57,679 nt of DNA from a bacterium (lineage in GTDB: Bacteria > Patescibacteriota > Microgenomatia > Daviesbacterales > UBA10151): contig JAUSJM010000029.1 in assembly GCA_030647265.1 (NCBI GenBank), positions 1-57,679 on the forward strand, read 5' to 3'. Made by a program: the position numbers and the translations under genes. This document shows, piece by piece, positions 8,757 through 16,857 of the stretch. Position 1 is the first letter of the stretch. Each line of letters begins with the position of its first letter. Below the pieces are notes generated by a model. That model saw nothing but the letters and a program-made list of their open reading frames with translations. It did not search any database and was not told the DNA's origin.

Positions 8757-10661
8757 ATGCCTCTTATAAATTTAAACAAGAGACTAAATACTATGGATAA
8801 AACTGCCTCTTTCCGAGGTCGGGGTGCTAATCGAAAAAGATTTCCTACCAGATTGGTATTCATTTTGTTGATTTTAGTTATCGCCATTGGCTTGCCGGTA
8901 AGAGGAATTTACCTTTCTGCTAAACAATTAAGCCGCAGCAGTAAAATACTCGTGGCCGGAGCCAAACAGGAGAATTTAGATCAGGTTAAGGAAGGGATTG
9001 TGGCTACCAAAGCTGCTGTTGACGGGCTAAACGGTTCTCTAAACTTTCTTATTTGGCTAAGACTTGTTCCTTTTATAGGGGGTTACTATGATGATATGGC
9101 CCAGATTTCTCGGGCTGCAGGTTATGAACTGGAAGCTGCTAAACTCATCTCTGACTCTTTGGATCCTTACAAAGGAGAGTTGGGATTGACCGGGCAGCCT
9201 AAAGAGGGACAGGATAAGATTGCCCAGGCTACCAAGATCTTAGATAAAATCTTGCCCAATATTGATAAAATTGAGCCTTTATTAAATAAAGCCAGGAAAG
9301 AGGTTGAAGGGATAGACACCGGTAAATACCCGGAAACCATCAAATCCACCAAGTTAAGAGGGAGGTTGGAGGAGGTAAAAAACTTGATTATTGGGGCGGA
9401 CTTGGCTTTTTCCGAGAACAGATCACTTCTCGAGGCTGCTCCTTCTATTTTAGGAGAGGGAACGCCTAAAACTTACCTGCTGCTTTTTCAAAATGATAAA
9501 GAAATCCGGGCTACAGGTGGATTTTTAACAGCCTATGCCTTTCTAAGGTTAGACAACGGCAATCTTACCACCACCTCTTCAGATGATATCTACCGTTTGG
9601 ATGAAAGGCTTTTAAAAACCTGCCTCACTAAAATTTGTCCTCTCACTCCTCCCGCTCCTATTGTTAAATATCTCCCCGAAGCCAATGGTAAACCCCGAAG
9701 TGCTTGGTCGATGAGGGATTCTAACATTTCTCCTGATTTTCCAACTTCGGTTGGAGAGTTTGAAAGGATGTATAACATGTTAGGAGACAAAGTCCAGTTT
9801 GACGGCATTATTGCCATCGATACCCAGGTGGTGGAAGAGCTTATTGCTGTCACCGGCCCGATTGATGTTTTTGGCACAAACTATAGTGCTGACAAGGATA
9901 AAAGATGTAACTGCCCCAATGTAATCTATGAGTTAGAGCATTATGCTGAGGTGGCATCCAAAGGAGAAGAAGATAGGAAGGCGATTTTAGGAGCTTTAAT
10001 GCAGCAGCTGATAGCCAGGCTTTTGGGTTCCGGGGCTGATAAAGTACCAAGCCTTCTGACTGTAGGGGCAAAGATGGCAGAGGACAAGCATGTCATGTTT
10101 TTCATGCATGATCAAAAGGTCCAACAGGCTTTTAGCAAGCTTGACTGGACCGGGGAGATTGAGACACCTTCCGGCGACTACCTTCATATTAATGATTCCA
10201 ACTTTGCCGGGGGTAAATCTAACCTTTATGTTGATGAGAAAGTTACTGATGAGGTAAGTATTTCCTTAGGTCAGGTTAAACATAAGCTCACTATTGAATA
10301 TAAAAATCCCCAGCCTTTTAACACCTGGTTGAATGGAATACTGCGGGATTATGTGAGGGTTTATGTACCTATTGGGTCTGAGTTATTATCTTCCAAAGGT
10401 TCTGATGATCCGGTGAACAAAATTGATGATGAGGCTTTAAATAAAACCTACTTTGAGGCTTTTGTGGTGGTTCGTCCCCAAAACTCGAGAACTTTATCTT
10501 TGGAATACACTACTCCCCTGAAGGTTTCTGGGAAGGACTATTCCCTCTTCATTCAAAAACAACCGGGAGCCAAAGATCATAAATATGTAGTGAAGGTAAA
10601 TGGTTCCAAAAAATCAGAGTTTGATCTAACTACAGATAAACAACTAAACCTCTCTTTCTAA
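8757..10661 (+). CDS. DUF4012-like membrane-anchored extracytoplasmic protein
   Basis: One N-terminal TM helix. LLFQNDKEIRATGGFLTAYAFLRLDNG and DSNFAGGKSNLYV match my memory of DUF4012 proteins, which often sit next to glycan clusters. Confidence 0.65.
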   Translation: MPLINLNKRLNTMDKTASFRGRGANRKRFPTRLVFILLILVIAIGLPVRGIYLSAKQLSRSSKILVAGAKQENLDQVKEGIVATKAAVDGLNGSLNFLIWLRLVPFIGGYYDDMAQISRAAGYELEAAKLISDSLDPYKGELGLTGQPKEGQDKIAQATKILDKILPNIDKIEPLLNKARKEVEGIDTGKYPETIKSTKLRGRLEEVKNLIIGADLAFSENRSLLEAAPSILGEGTPKTYLLLFQNDKEIRATGGFLTAYAFLRLDNGNLTTTSSDDIYRLDERLLKTCLTKICPLTPPAPIVKYLPEANGKPRSAWSMRDSNISPDFPTSVGEFERMYNMLGDKVQFDGIIAIDTQVVEELIAVTGPIDVFGTNYSADKDKRCNCPNVIYELEHYAEVASKGEEDRKAILGALMQQLIARLLGSGADKVPSLLTVGAKMAEDKHVMFFMHDQKVQQAFSKLDWTGEIETPSGDYLHINDSNFAGGKSNLYVDEKVTDEVSISLGQVKHKLTIEYKNPQPFNTWLNGILRDYVRVYVPIGSELLSSKGSDDPVNKIDDEALNKTYFEAFVVVRPQNSRTLSLEYTTPLKVSGKDYSLFIQKQPGAKDHKYVVKVNGSKKSEFDLTTDKQLNLSF

Positions 10662-10663
10662 TG

Positions 10664-10669
10664 TATAAT
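10664..10669 (+). promoter_or_regulatory. TATAAT -10 hexamer 10 nt upstream of the recO ATG
   Basis: The sequence aTGTATAATcctctttaggATG would leave a leader of about 3-4 nt. Confidence 0.3.
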
Positions 10670-10679
10670 CCTCTTTAGG

Positions 10680-11321
10680 ATGCCAGTATTTACTACGGAA
10701 GGGGTTATTGTTAAAAGGTTGAACTTCGGGGAAGCGGATAGGATTCTTACTGTAGTTACTCCTTTTAAAGGAAAGATTAGGGTTTTAGCCAAAGGAGTAA
10801 GAAGGATTACTTCCAGGCGTGGTGGTAATGTTGAGCTTTTAAACAGGGTAAAGATGCAGGTTTTTAAGGGGCAGGGGATGAATATCTTAACCGAAGCCGA
10901 GTCTTTACAAACCTTTCCCAAAATTAAGGGTGACCTGATGCTTTCCTCCTATGGATCTCATCTGGCTGAGATTGCTGAAAGATTACTTCCGGAAGAACAG
11001 ATGAACCCCGGAGCTTATGAGCTTTTGGCAACAATACTGACTCTTTTGGAAAAAGCTCCCCGCCAGATTTTTATCAGAGCTTTTGAAGTTAAACTGCTCA
11101 CCTTGCTTGGTTTTTGGTCCTTGGATCAAATTGGGGAAGTGGGGGAAGTTAAAGGAGTTTTAGAAAAACTACAAAAAGGGAGTTGGGAAGAGATAGGGAA
11201 ACTGGAGATTGGTAAGAATCAGGCTCTGGAACTGGAACGCATCTTGAGATATTATATAGAGAAGATCCTAGAGTCTCCCTTGAGGAGTCTCGAGGTGATA
11301 AGAAAGATAAAGGAAGGTTAA
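10680..11321 (+). CDS. recO: DNA repair protein RecO
   Basis: The N-terminal OB-fold signature TEGVIVKRLNFGEADRILTVVTPFKGKIRVLAKGVRR is typical of RecO. The recO-glyQS synteny is common. Confidence 0.8.
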   Translation: MPVFTTEGVIVKRLNFGEADRILTVVTPFKGKIRVLAKGVRRITSRRGGNVELLNRVKMQVFKGQGMNILTEAESLQTFPKIKGDLMLSSYGSHLAEIAERLLPEEQMNPGAYELLATILTLLEKAPRQIFIRAFEVKLLTLLGFWSLDQIGEVGEVKGVLEKLQKGSWEEIGKLEIGKNQALELERILRYYIEKILESPLRSLEVIRKIKEG

Positions 11322-12728
11322 ATGAGTACAGATAGTAATTTGCTAGACAAGATAGTGGCTCTTTGTAAGAGGAGGGGATTTATTTACCCTGGATCAGAGA
11401 TCTATGGAGGATTAGCTAACACCTATGATTTTGGACCTTTGGGAACAGAATTTAAAAGAAATTTAATTAACTATTGGTGGAAGACCTTTGTCGCCAACCG
11501 TGAGGATATGTATGGGTTGGATACATCCATCCTTATGAGCCCCAGAGTTTGGGAAGCTTCCGGTCATACAGCCAACTTTACTAATGTCTTGATTGACTGC
11601 ACAAATTGTCAGTTAAGAACCAGGGCCGATCACTTAATTGAAGATGCTCTGCCGGATAAGGGTAATGTGGAAGGGTTGCCGCTAGAAGAACTGGATAAGA
11701 TTATTGCTGAAAATAAGATTAAGTGTCCTAAATGTGGCAAAATAGCTTGGACCAAGGTCAGAAAATTTAACCAGCTGTTTGAAACTCAAATTGGGATTAT
11801 TACTTCCGGTAAAAACACGGCATATCTTAGAGGAGAGTTGGCTCAAGGTATGTTTGTTGATTTTAAGCAGATTTTGGATAGCATGCACCCCAAGTTACCT
11901 TTTGGTTTAGCCCAATCAGGAAAAGCTTTTAGGAATGAGATTACCATGGGTAAGTTTACCTTTAGGACTTTAGAGTTTGATCTGGCGGAGTTTGAATATT
12001 TTGTCAAACCTGAGGAATGGGAGAAGTGGTTTGAGTATTGGAAAGGTACAATGTGGGAGTTTGCAAAGGACCTAGGTTTAACCCCAGAAAAACTTCGTTG
12101 GAGGGCTCATTCCAAAGAAGAGCTTTCTCACTATTCTAAGAGAACCGAAGATTTAGAATACAAGTTTCCTTGGGGATATAAGGAGATGTGGGGTTTAGCT
12201 TATAGAACAGATTTTGATTTAACAAATCATATGAAACAATCTGGAGTAGATTTAAGGTATGTGGATTCCAGTACTGGAGAAAAGTTTATTCCTCATGTTT
12301 TGGAACCTACCTTTGGACTGTCCAGATTAGTAACAATTCTTCTTATGGATTCTTATTGGGAAGACACAGAAAAACAAAGAGTGGTTCTAAAACTCCCAGC
12401 AATTCTTGCTCCTTTTAAGGCTGCTGTTTTTCCCCTGCTTCCTAATAAGCCTGAGTTGGTAGATAAAGCCAGGAAGATCTATATTGACCTAAGGAAATAT
12501 TTTATGGTAGCGTGGGATGACAGGGGAAATATTGGTAAAAGGTATGCTGCTCAGGACGAGATTGGCACACCTTTTTGTGTTACTATCGATTTCCAAAGTT
12601 TGGAGGATGAGGCAGTAACAGTCAGAGATCGGGATACAGCCAAACAAGAAAGAGTAAAAATTAGTCAATTAAGTGATTTTTTAACTAATAAGATAAATGG
12701 AAAAACTATTAATACCTCCAGGAACTAA
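11322..12728 (+). CDS. glyQS: glycine--tRNA ligase, homodimeric class II type
   Basis: LCKRRGFIYPGSEIYGGLANTYDFGPLG, the class II motifs (FRNEI.., GLSRL) and an anticodon-binding C-terminus. Confidence 0.93.
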   Translation: MSTDSNLLDKIVALCKRRGFIYPGSEIYGGLANTYDFGPLGTEFKRNLINYWWKTFVANREDMYGLDTSILMSPRVWEASGHTANFTNVLIDCTNCQLRTRADHLIEDALPDKGNVEGLPLEELDKIIAENKIKCPKCGKIAWTKVRKFNQLFETQIGIITSGKNTAYLRGELAQGMFVDFKQILDSMHPKLPFGLAQSGKAFRNEITMGKFTFRTLEFDLAEFEYFVKPEEWEKWFEYWKGTMWEFAKDLGLTPEKLRWRAHSKEELSHYSKRTEDLEYKFPWGYKEMWGLAYRTDFDLTNHMKQSGVDLRYVDSSTGEKFIPHVLEPTFGLSRLVTILLMDSYWEDTEKQRVVLKLPAILAPFKAAVFPLLPNKPELVDKARKIYIDLRKYFMVAWDDRGNIGKRYAAQDEIGTPFCVTIDFQSLEDEAVTVRDRDTAKQERVKISQLSDFLTNKINGKTINTSRN

Positions 12729-13005
12729 TGTTCACTGTGAAGGACGGAATGTTATATTTTCCCACGATGTTCGTGATGGTCATGAGTATTACGATGTATT
12801 CTGTTTTAGAGTGACAGATGGTTCCCCTTCTCGTGCGTTGGTGAGGTTGCAAAGGCTATTAAGAGCAGCACAGAGGCAAGAGATTGAAGAAACTCGCAGA
12901 GGAACTAGTCTCTTGCCAAAAGAAATTAGTCCACAGACAAAAGAGTCTCCCCAATTACCAATTCTGGAACTGGTTGGTTCAAGGTAAATACCATTATTAA
13001 GACAT

Positions 13006-13830
13006 ATGCATATTCTATTAAAAAGAAAGTTTACTTTAATTTTGGTTTTCATAATTGCTTTACTGTTAGCTGGTAGCTTTGAGGCTTACCAGAGAATTAC
13101 TACAAACAGAAGTGTTCAGACTCTTGAAGAAGTAGATTTGGCTTTTGATGCTGAGGGGCCTTATGCTTTGCTTTTTCCAAGAAGAGATGGGAATGCTTTG
13201 GTTTTAAATATTAAAAGGACAGCTTCTTATGACAGTATTTCCTATGAACTGGCTTATACCTCGGAGGGGATTGACCGGGGGGTGATGGGGAACATTGATA
13301 CCAAACAGAAAAAGGGTGAGTATGATCAGGAAATCCTCTTTGGAACCTGCAGCAAAAATGTTTGTAAGTATGACAAGGGAGTAGAAAACGGTACTCTAAC
13401 TCTTCATATTAAAAAAGGGAACAAAGCTTACAGGATGAATACCCAATGGCATCTTCAACAGCCTGATTTAGCTTTGGGGGTATTAAGTTCAGGAGACAGG
13501 CATCTTAATTACAAAATTGCTTCAGGTTCTTCTGATCTTTCCCTGATTAAGTACACCATTATTAATGACCTTTCCGGGGCTCCTAAACTTCCTGACGGAA
13601 AAACTGTTCTGGGTAAGGTTTATGCTGTGAACAGTCCGGAATCTAAAACTTTACCTTCAGGAACAGTTACTATTGAATTAGCTGAAAATCCACCAACTGA
13701 GAGTAAGATAGCCAAGTTTGATGAAGTACGAGCCAAATGGGTGGAATATGAGACTAAGATCTTAGAGAGTACCATGACAGCTTCTGTAGATTCAGGCGGA
13801 GTATTAGCTGTTTTAATCCCCAAAAAGTGA
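13006..13830 (+). CDS. hypothetical membrane-anchored extracytoplasmic protein
   Basis: 274-aa ORF with an N-terminal TM helix (FTLILVFIIALLLAGSF). No family recognised. Confidence 0.55.
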   Translation: MHILLKRKFTLILVFIIALLLAGSFEAYQRITTNRSVQTLEEVDLAFDAEGPYALLFPRRDGNALVLNIKRTASYDSISYELAYTSEGIDRGVMGNIDTKQKKGEYDQEILFGTCSKNVCKYDKGVENGTLTLHIKKGNKAYRMNTQWHLQQPDLALGVLSSGDRHLNYKIASGSSDLSLIKYTIINDLSGAPKLPDGKTVLGKVYAVNSPESKTLPSGTVTIELAENPPTESKIAKFDEVRAKWVEYETKILESTMTASVDSGGVLAVLIPKK

Positions 13831-13842
13831 TTTCTTTTTTTT

Positions 13843-13928
13843 GAGCTCGGGGTCCTGCCGCTCGCCAGCCCCATGATCTACCCACTGCGCTAACAAGCGC
13901 GGGGCCCCATCATGGGGCGCCCCGGCTC
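13843..13928. other. GC-rich nested stem-loop element; candidate structured RNA or complex terminator, strand unresolved
   Basis: By my count 62 of 86 nt are G/C. The outer stem pairs GAGC-(T)-CGGGG (13843-13852) with CCCCG-GCTC (13920-13928). There is a perfect 10-bp stem between GCCCCATGAT (13868-13877) and ATCATGGGGC (13909-13918). An apical hairpin is GCGC-TAACAA-GCGC (13887-13900). Confidence 0.35.
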
Positions 13929-13986
13929 GCGTCACCCCTCGCTGTTTGATATTTCCTAATCTGGGTAATTTGTGAAAACTGAAGTC

Positions 13987-14029
13987 TTGACATGGTGTGA
14001 AAAATGGTTCACTATGGTTAGAGATGGTG
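13987..14029 (+). promoter_or_regulatory. putative mraZ promoter overlapping four phased ATGGTK direct repeats (candidate MraZ operator)
   Basis: TTGACA at 13987-13992, then 17 nt, then CACTAT at 14010-14015. The repeats are ATGGTG (13992), ATGGTT (14004), ATGGTT (14014) and ATGGTG (14024), spaced 12/10/10 nt and lying about 55-90 nt upstream of mraZ. Confidence 0.5.
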
Positions 14030-14082
14030 AAAAGAGAGGGAAACCTCTTTACAATATTCCTGCCCAGGAAGGTTAAATTTCC

Positions 14083-14514
14083 GTGTTTCTGGGCGAATAC
14101 TACACCACTTTTACAGGACATAACCGGGTAATTTTACCTAAGAAGTTCCGCCAAGAGCTAGGGGGAAAAAGAGGAGTTGTTTTAAGTAGGGGGTTGGAGG
14201 GTTGTATCTGGGGTTTTAGCTTAGAAGAATGGCAAAAAGAGGCTAGTAAGCAGTTGGAAACCCCGGTGACAGAACGCTCAGGAAGGGATTTAAGGAGATA
14301 CCTCTTTTCAGCTGCAGAAGAGGTAAGGCTGGATGACCAGGGAAGGTTAGTAGTTCCAGGAAACTTAAGAGAGTATGCCCAGCTCAAAGGTGGGGTGGTA
14401 ATAATTGGGGCTGGAGATCATTTTGAAATTTGGGAAGGAAAAGAATGGGAGAAGCTGCTTAAGGGTTTAACTAAAAAGGAGAAACTTGATGAATTTGGTA
14501 AAAATGCTTCGTAA
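14083..14514 (+). CDS. mraZ: transcriptional regulator MraZ
   Basis: FLGEYYTTFTGHNRVILPKKFRQEL, and a second half with LDDQGRLVVPGNLREYA, give the duplicated SpoVT/AbrB-like MraZ repeats. GTG start preceded by AGGAAGG. Confidence 0.9.
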   Translation: MFLGEYYTTFTGHNRVILPKKFRQELGGKRGVVLSRGLEGCIWGFSLEEWQKEASKQLETPVTERSGRDLRRYLFSAAEEVRLDDQGRLVVPGNLREYAQLKGGVVIIGAGDHFEIWEGKEWEKLLKGLTKKEKLDEFGKNAS

Positions 14515-14586
14515 AATTATGATTCTAAACTCAATACTTAAACTTTGGTTAGCGCCGATTCGCTAACTGAGGTTTTTAGATTATCT

Positions 14587-14922
14587 ATGAAAAGATTAAG
14601 AAGAGAGGATTTACATACTTCGGATTCTGCTATTGAGCGCCGGAAAAAGATCTTTAGGGTTTTTAAGGTAGGGCTGGTGTGCCTCTTTGCTTTGCTTTTT
14701 ATAGAGATTTGGCTTTCCAGTAGGCTGGCAACATATGGTAATAAAATCCAGGAGCTCAAAACTGCTCAGGCAGAGTTAAAACTAGAAAATCAGATCTTGG
14801 AAAATTCCATTGCCGAACATACCTCTTTAATTTCACTAGAGCCTCAGGCTACCGCTTTGGGCTTTACCACTATAAAAACCATCGAATACATGAAACCCCT
14901 AAATTTAGCCGCTGCTTTTTAA
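14587..14922 (+). CDS. FtsL-like cell-division protein (bitopic, coiled coil)
   Basis: The gene sits between mraZ and ftsI. It has a single TM helix (VGLVCLFALLFIEIWL) followed by the coiled-coil QELKTAQAELKLENQILEN. The call rests on position and architecture only. Confidence 0.5.
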   Translation: MKRLRREDLHTSDSAIERRKKIFRVFKVGLVCLFALLFIEIWLSSRLATYGNKIQELKTAQAELKLENQILENSIAEHTSLISLEPQATALGFTTIKTIEYMKPLNLAAAF

Positions 14923-14991
14923 CTCTACAACTTACTTGCCTTCAAAGCTTATTAGGACTTACTATGGTTCTAGCCTAGGAAAGCTTAATTT

Positions 14992-16776
14992 ATGAGGATC
15001 ATGTTTTTGAAATTATGTTTTGTGATGATTTTGGGAGCAGTATTGGTGAGGCTTTTTTATTGGCAGGTGATACGTTTTGATGACCTTTCGGTTTTGGCAG
15101 ATCAGCAGCATCTCACTACCCAAAATATTGAAGGATACAGAGGATTGATCTTCTCCTCCGACGGAGCGATACTCGCCTCAAATAAACCCACCTTTTTGCT
15201 TTATGGTTTGCCGCAAGCGATAAAAGATAAAGAAGAGGTCTCATCAAAACTTGCTAAAATGGTTACAGCTGCCCATTTTCAAAAGTCCTTAGAGCAAAAA
15301 AAACGCCAGCAAATTCTGGCAGTAGAGGAGAGCTCTCCCTCAGCTTTCCCTGATTCCCAGCCTGATCCTAAAGATGTTTTAGACCTTCAGATGAAGTATA
15401 AATCTCAGCTTTCTCAAGACCTTCAGTGGGTAAGTTTAGAAAAGGGATTAAGTTTAAACACCAAAAAGCAAATCGAGGATTTAAACCTTTTAGGTATCGG
15501 GTTTGACGGGGAGATGAGCCGTTTCTATCCGGAGGCTTCTATGTCAGCAAACCTTCTGGGGTTTGTCGGTTCTGATCAGCTAGGGAAGCAAAAAGGTTAC
15601 TTTGGGGTGGAAGGTTTTTATAACGGGCAGCTTAAGGGAGTGGGAGGGGTTCTGACAGAAGAAAAAGATGCTCAAGGATTGCCTATTTTAATGGGAAGAT
15701 TTGTTAAAAAAGACCCTAAGCAGGGGAGGGATGTGGTATTGAACCTGGACCGGGCAATACAATATTTAGTAGAGAAGAATTTAAAGGAAGGGGTTAAAAA
15801 ATACGGGGCCAAATCAGGATCTGCTGTGGTGATGGATCCTAAGACTGGGGCAATTTTAGCGATGGCCTCTTTCCCAAATTATGATGCCAACAACTTTGCT
15901 GATTTTTCCAAAGATTATTACCGTAATCCGGTAGTAGCAGACACCTACGAACCGGGATCTACTTTTAAAGTCTTGGTGATGGCCTCGGCGATTAATGAAA
16001 GTTTAGTTAAGCCTGATACGGAATGCGATGCCTGTTCTGGCCCGGTGACTATCGCTGACTACATAATCCGTACTTGGAACAATAAATATTACTCCAATAC
16101 CACCATGACTGATGTTTTAGTACATTCGGATAATACCGGGATGGTTTTTATAAGCAGAAAGTTAGGATTGGAAAAGATGTACAAATATATTGCCGATTTC
16201 GGTTTTGGAGCTGTCACGGGAATAGATCTGCAGGATGAGACCAGTCCTGATATTCGGAACCGGGATGATTGGAAGGAGATTGATTTGGCAACATCTTCTT
16301 TTGGACAAGGAGTTGCTGTGACTCCCATTCAAATGGTCAGAGCCGTTTCGGTGATTGCTAACGGGGGGTATCTTATGGAACCTCAGGTTGCTAGGGAAAT
16401 CAAAGATGGTGAGAAGATAACAGAAATAAAACCTAAGATTGTTGGCAGGCCCATCAGTTCGGAAACAGCTAAGGTAGTAACTGAGATGATGGTTCAGGCA
16501 GTGGAAAGGGGGGAGGCTAAAATCTTTGCTCCTATGGGTTTTAGGATAGCCGGGAAAACCGGGACAGCTCAGATTCCGGTGGCGGGGCATTATGATCCCA
16601 CCAAAACCATTGCTTCCTTTGTCGGTTTTGCTCCGGCTGATAACCCCAAATTTGTGATGCTGGTAAAATACACTGAACCCTCCTCTTCCATCTTCGGAGC
16701 AGAAACAGCTGCTCCTACCTTTTTTGCCATCGCCAAAGAACTTTTACCCTACTTTAATGTAATACCATCAGAGTAA
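14992..16776 (+). CDS. ftsI: penicillin-binding protein, class B transpeptidase (FtsI/PBP2-like)
   Basis: N-terminal TM helix, then the STFK (YEPGSTFKV), SDN (HSDNTG) and KTGT (AGKTGTA) active-site motifs in canonical order. Confidence 0.9.
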   Translation: MRIMFLKLCFVMILGAVLVRLFYWQVIRFDDLSVLADQQHLTTQNIEGYRGLIFSSDGAILASNKPTFLLYGLPQAIKDKEEVSSKLAKMVTAAHFQKSLEQKKRQQILAVEESSPSAFPDSQPDPKDVLDLQMKYKSQLSQDLQWVSLEKGLSLNTKKQIEDLNLLGIGFDGEMSRFYPEASMSANLLGFVGSDQLGKQKGYFGVEGFYNGQLKGVGGVLTEEKDAQGLPILMGRFVKKDPKQGRDVVLNLDRAIQYLVEKNLKEGVKKYGAKSGSAVVMDPKTGAILAMASFPNYDANNFADFSKDYYRNPVVADTYEPGSTFKVLVMASAINESLVKPDTECDACSGPVTIADYIIRTWNNKYYSNTTMTDVLVHSDNTGMVFISRKLGLEKMYKYIADFGFGAVTGIDLQDETSPDIRNRDDWKEIDLATSSFGQGVAVTPIQMVRAVSVIANGGYLMEPQVAREIKDGEKITEIKPKIVGRPISSETAKVVTEMMVQAVERGEAKIFAPMGFRIAGKTGTAQIPVAGHYDPTKTIASFVGFAPADNPKFVMLVKYTEPSSSIFGAETAAPTFFAIAKELLPYFNVIPSE

Positions 16777-16783
16777 CTTTAGC

Positions 16784-16821
16784 TTCCCACACTCCATGTG
16801 GGAACTTGAAGATTTTTGATT
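16784..16821 (+). terminator. hairpin after ftsI (weak intrinsic-terminator candidate)
   Basis: TTCCCACA (16784-16791) pairs with TGTGGGAA (16797-16804) around the loop CTCCA. The T-run (gaTTTTTgaTT) starts only 9 nt later, so this is not a textbook terminator. Confidence 0.3.
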
Positions 16822-16841
16822 AATACATCGTGATGCTGAGT

Positions 16842-16850
16842 TGATATAAT
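16842..16850 (+). promoter_or_regulatory. extended -10 (TGaTATAAT) 7 nt upstream of the murE ATG
   Basis: TGATATAAT lies at 16842-16850 and the ATG at 16858. The predicted transcription start falls on or next to the start codon. Confidence 0.35.
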
Positions 16851-16857
16851 ACCTTTG

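Noticed and set aside
12697-12987. 96-aa ORF overlapping the 3' end of glyQS
   Set aside because: It overlaps glyQS by 32 nt in another frame. It has no SD or promoter and no recognisable motif, and the region folds better as RNA. I treated it as non-coding; see the finding on 12729-13005.
13813-14121. 102-aa minus-strand ORF spanning the GC-rich element and the mraZ promoter
   Set aside because: It runs antisense across the mraZ start and operator and is open only because of the GC-rich stretch. Its product looks like noise (GAPHDGAPRLLAQWVDHGAGERQ).
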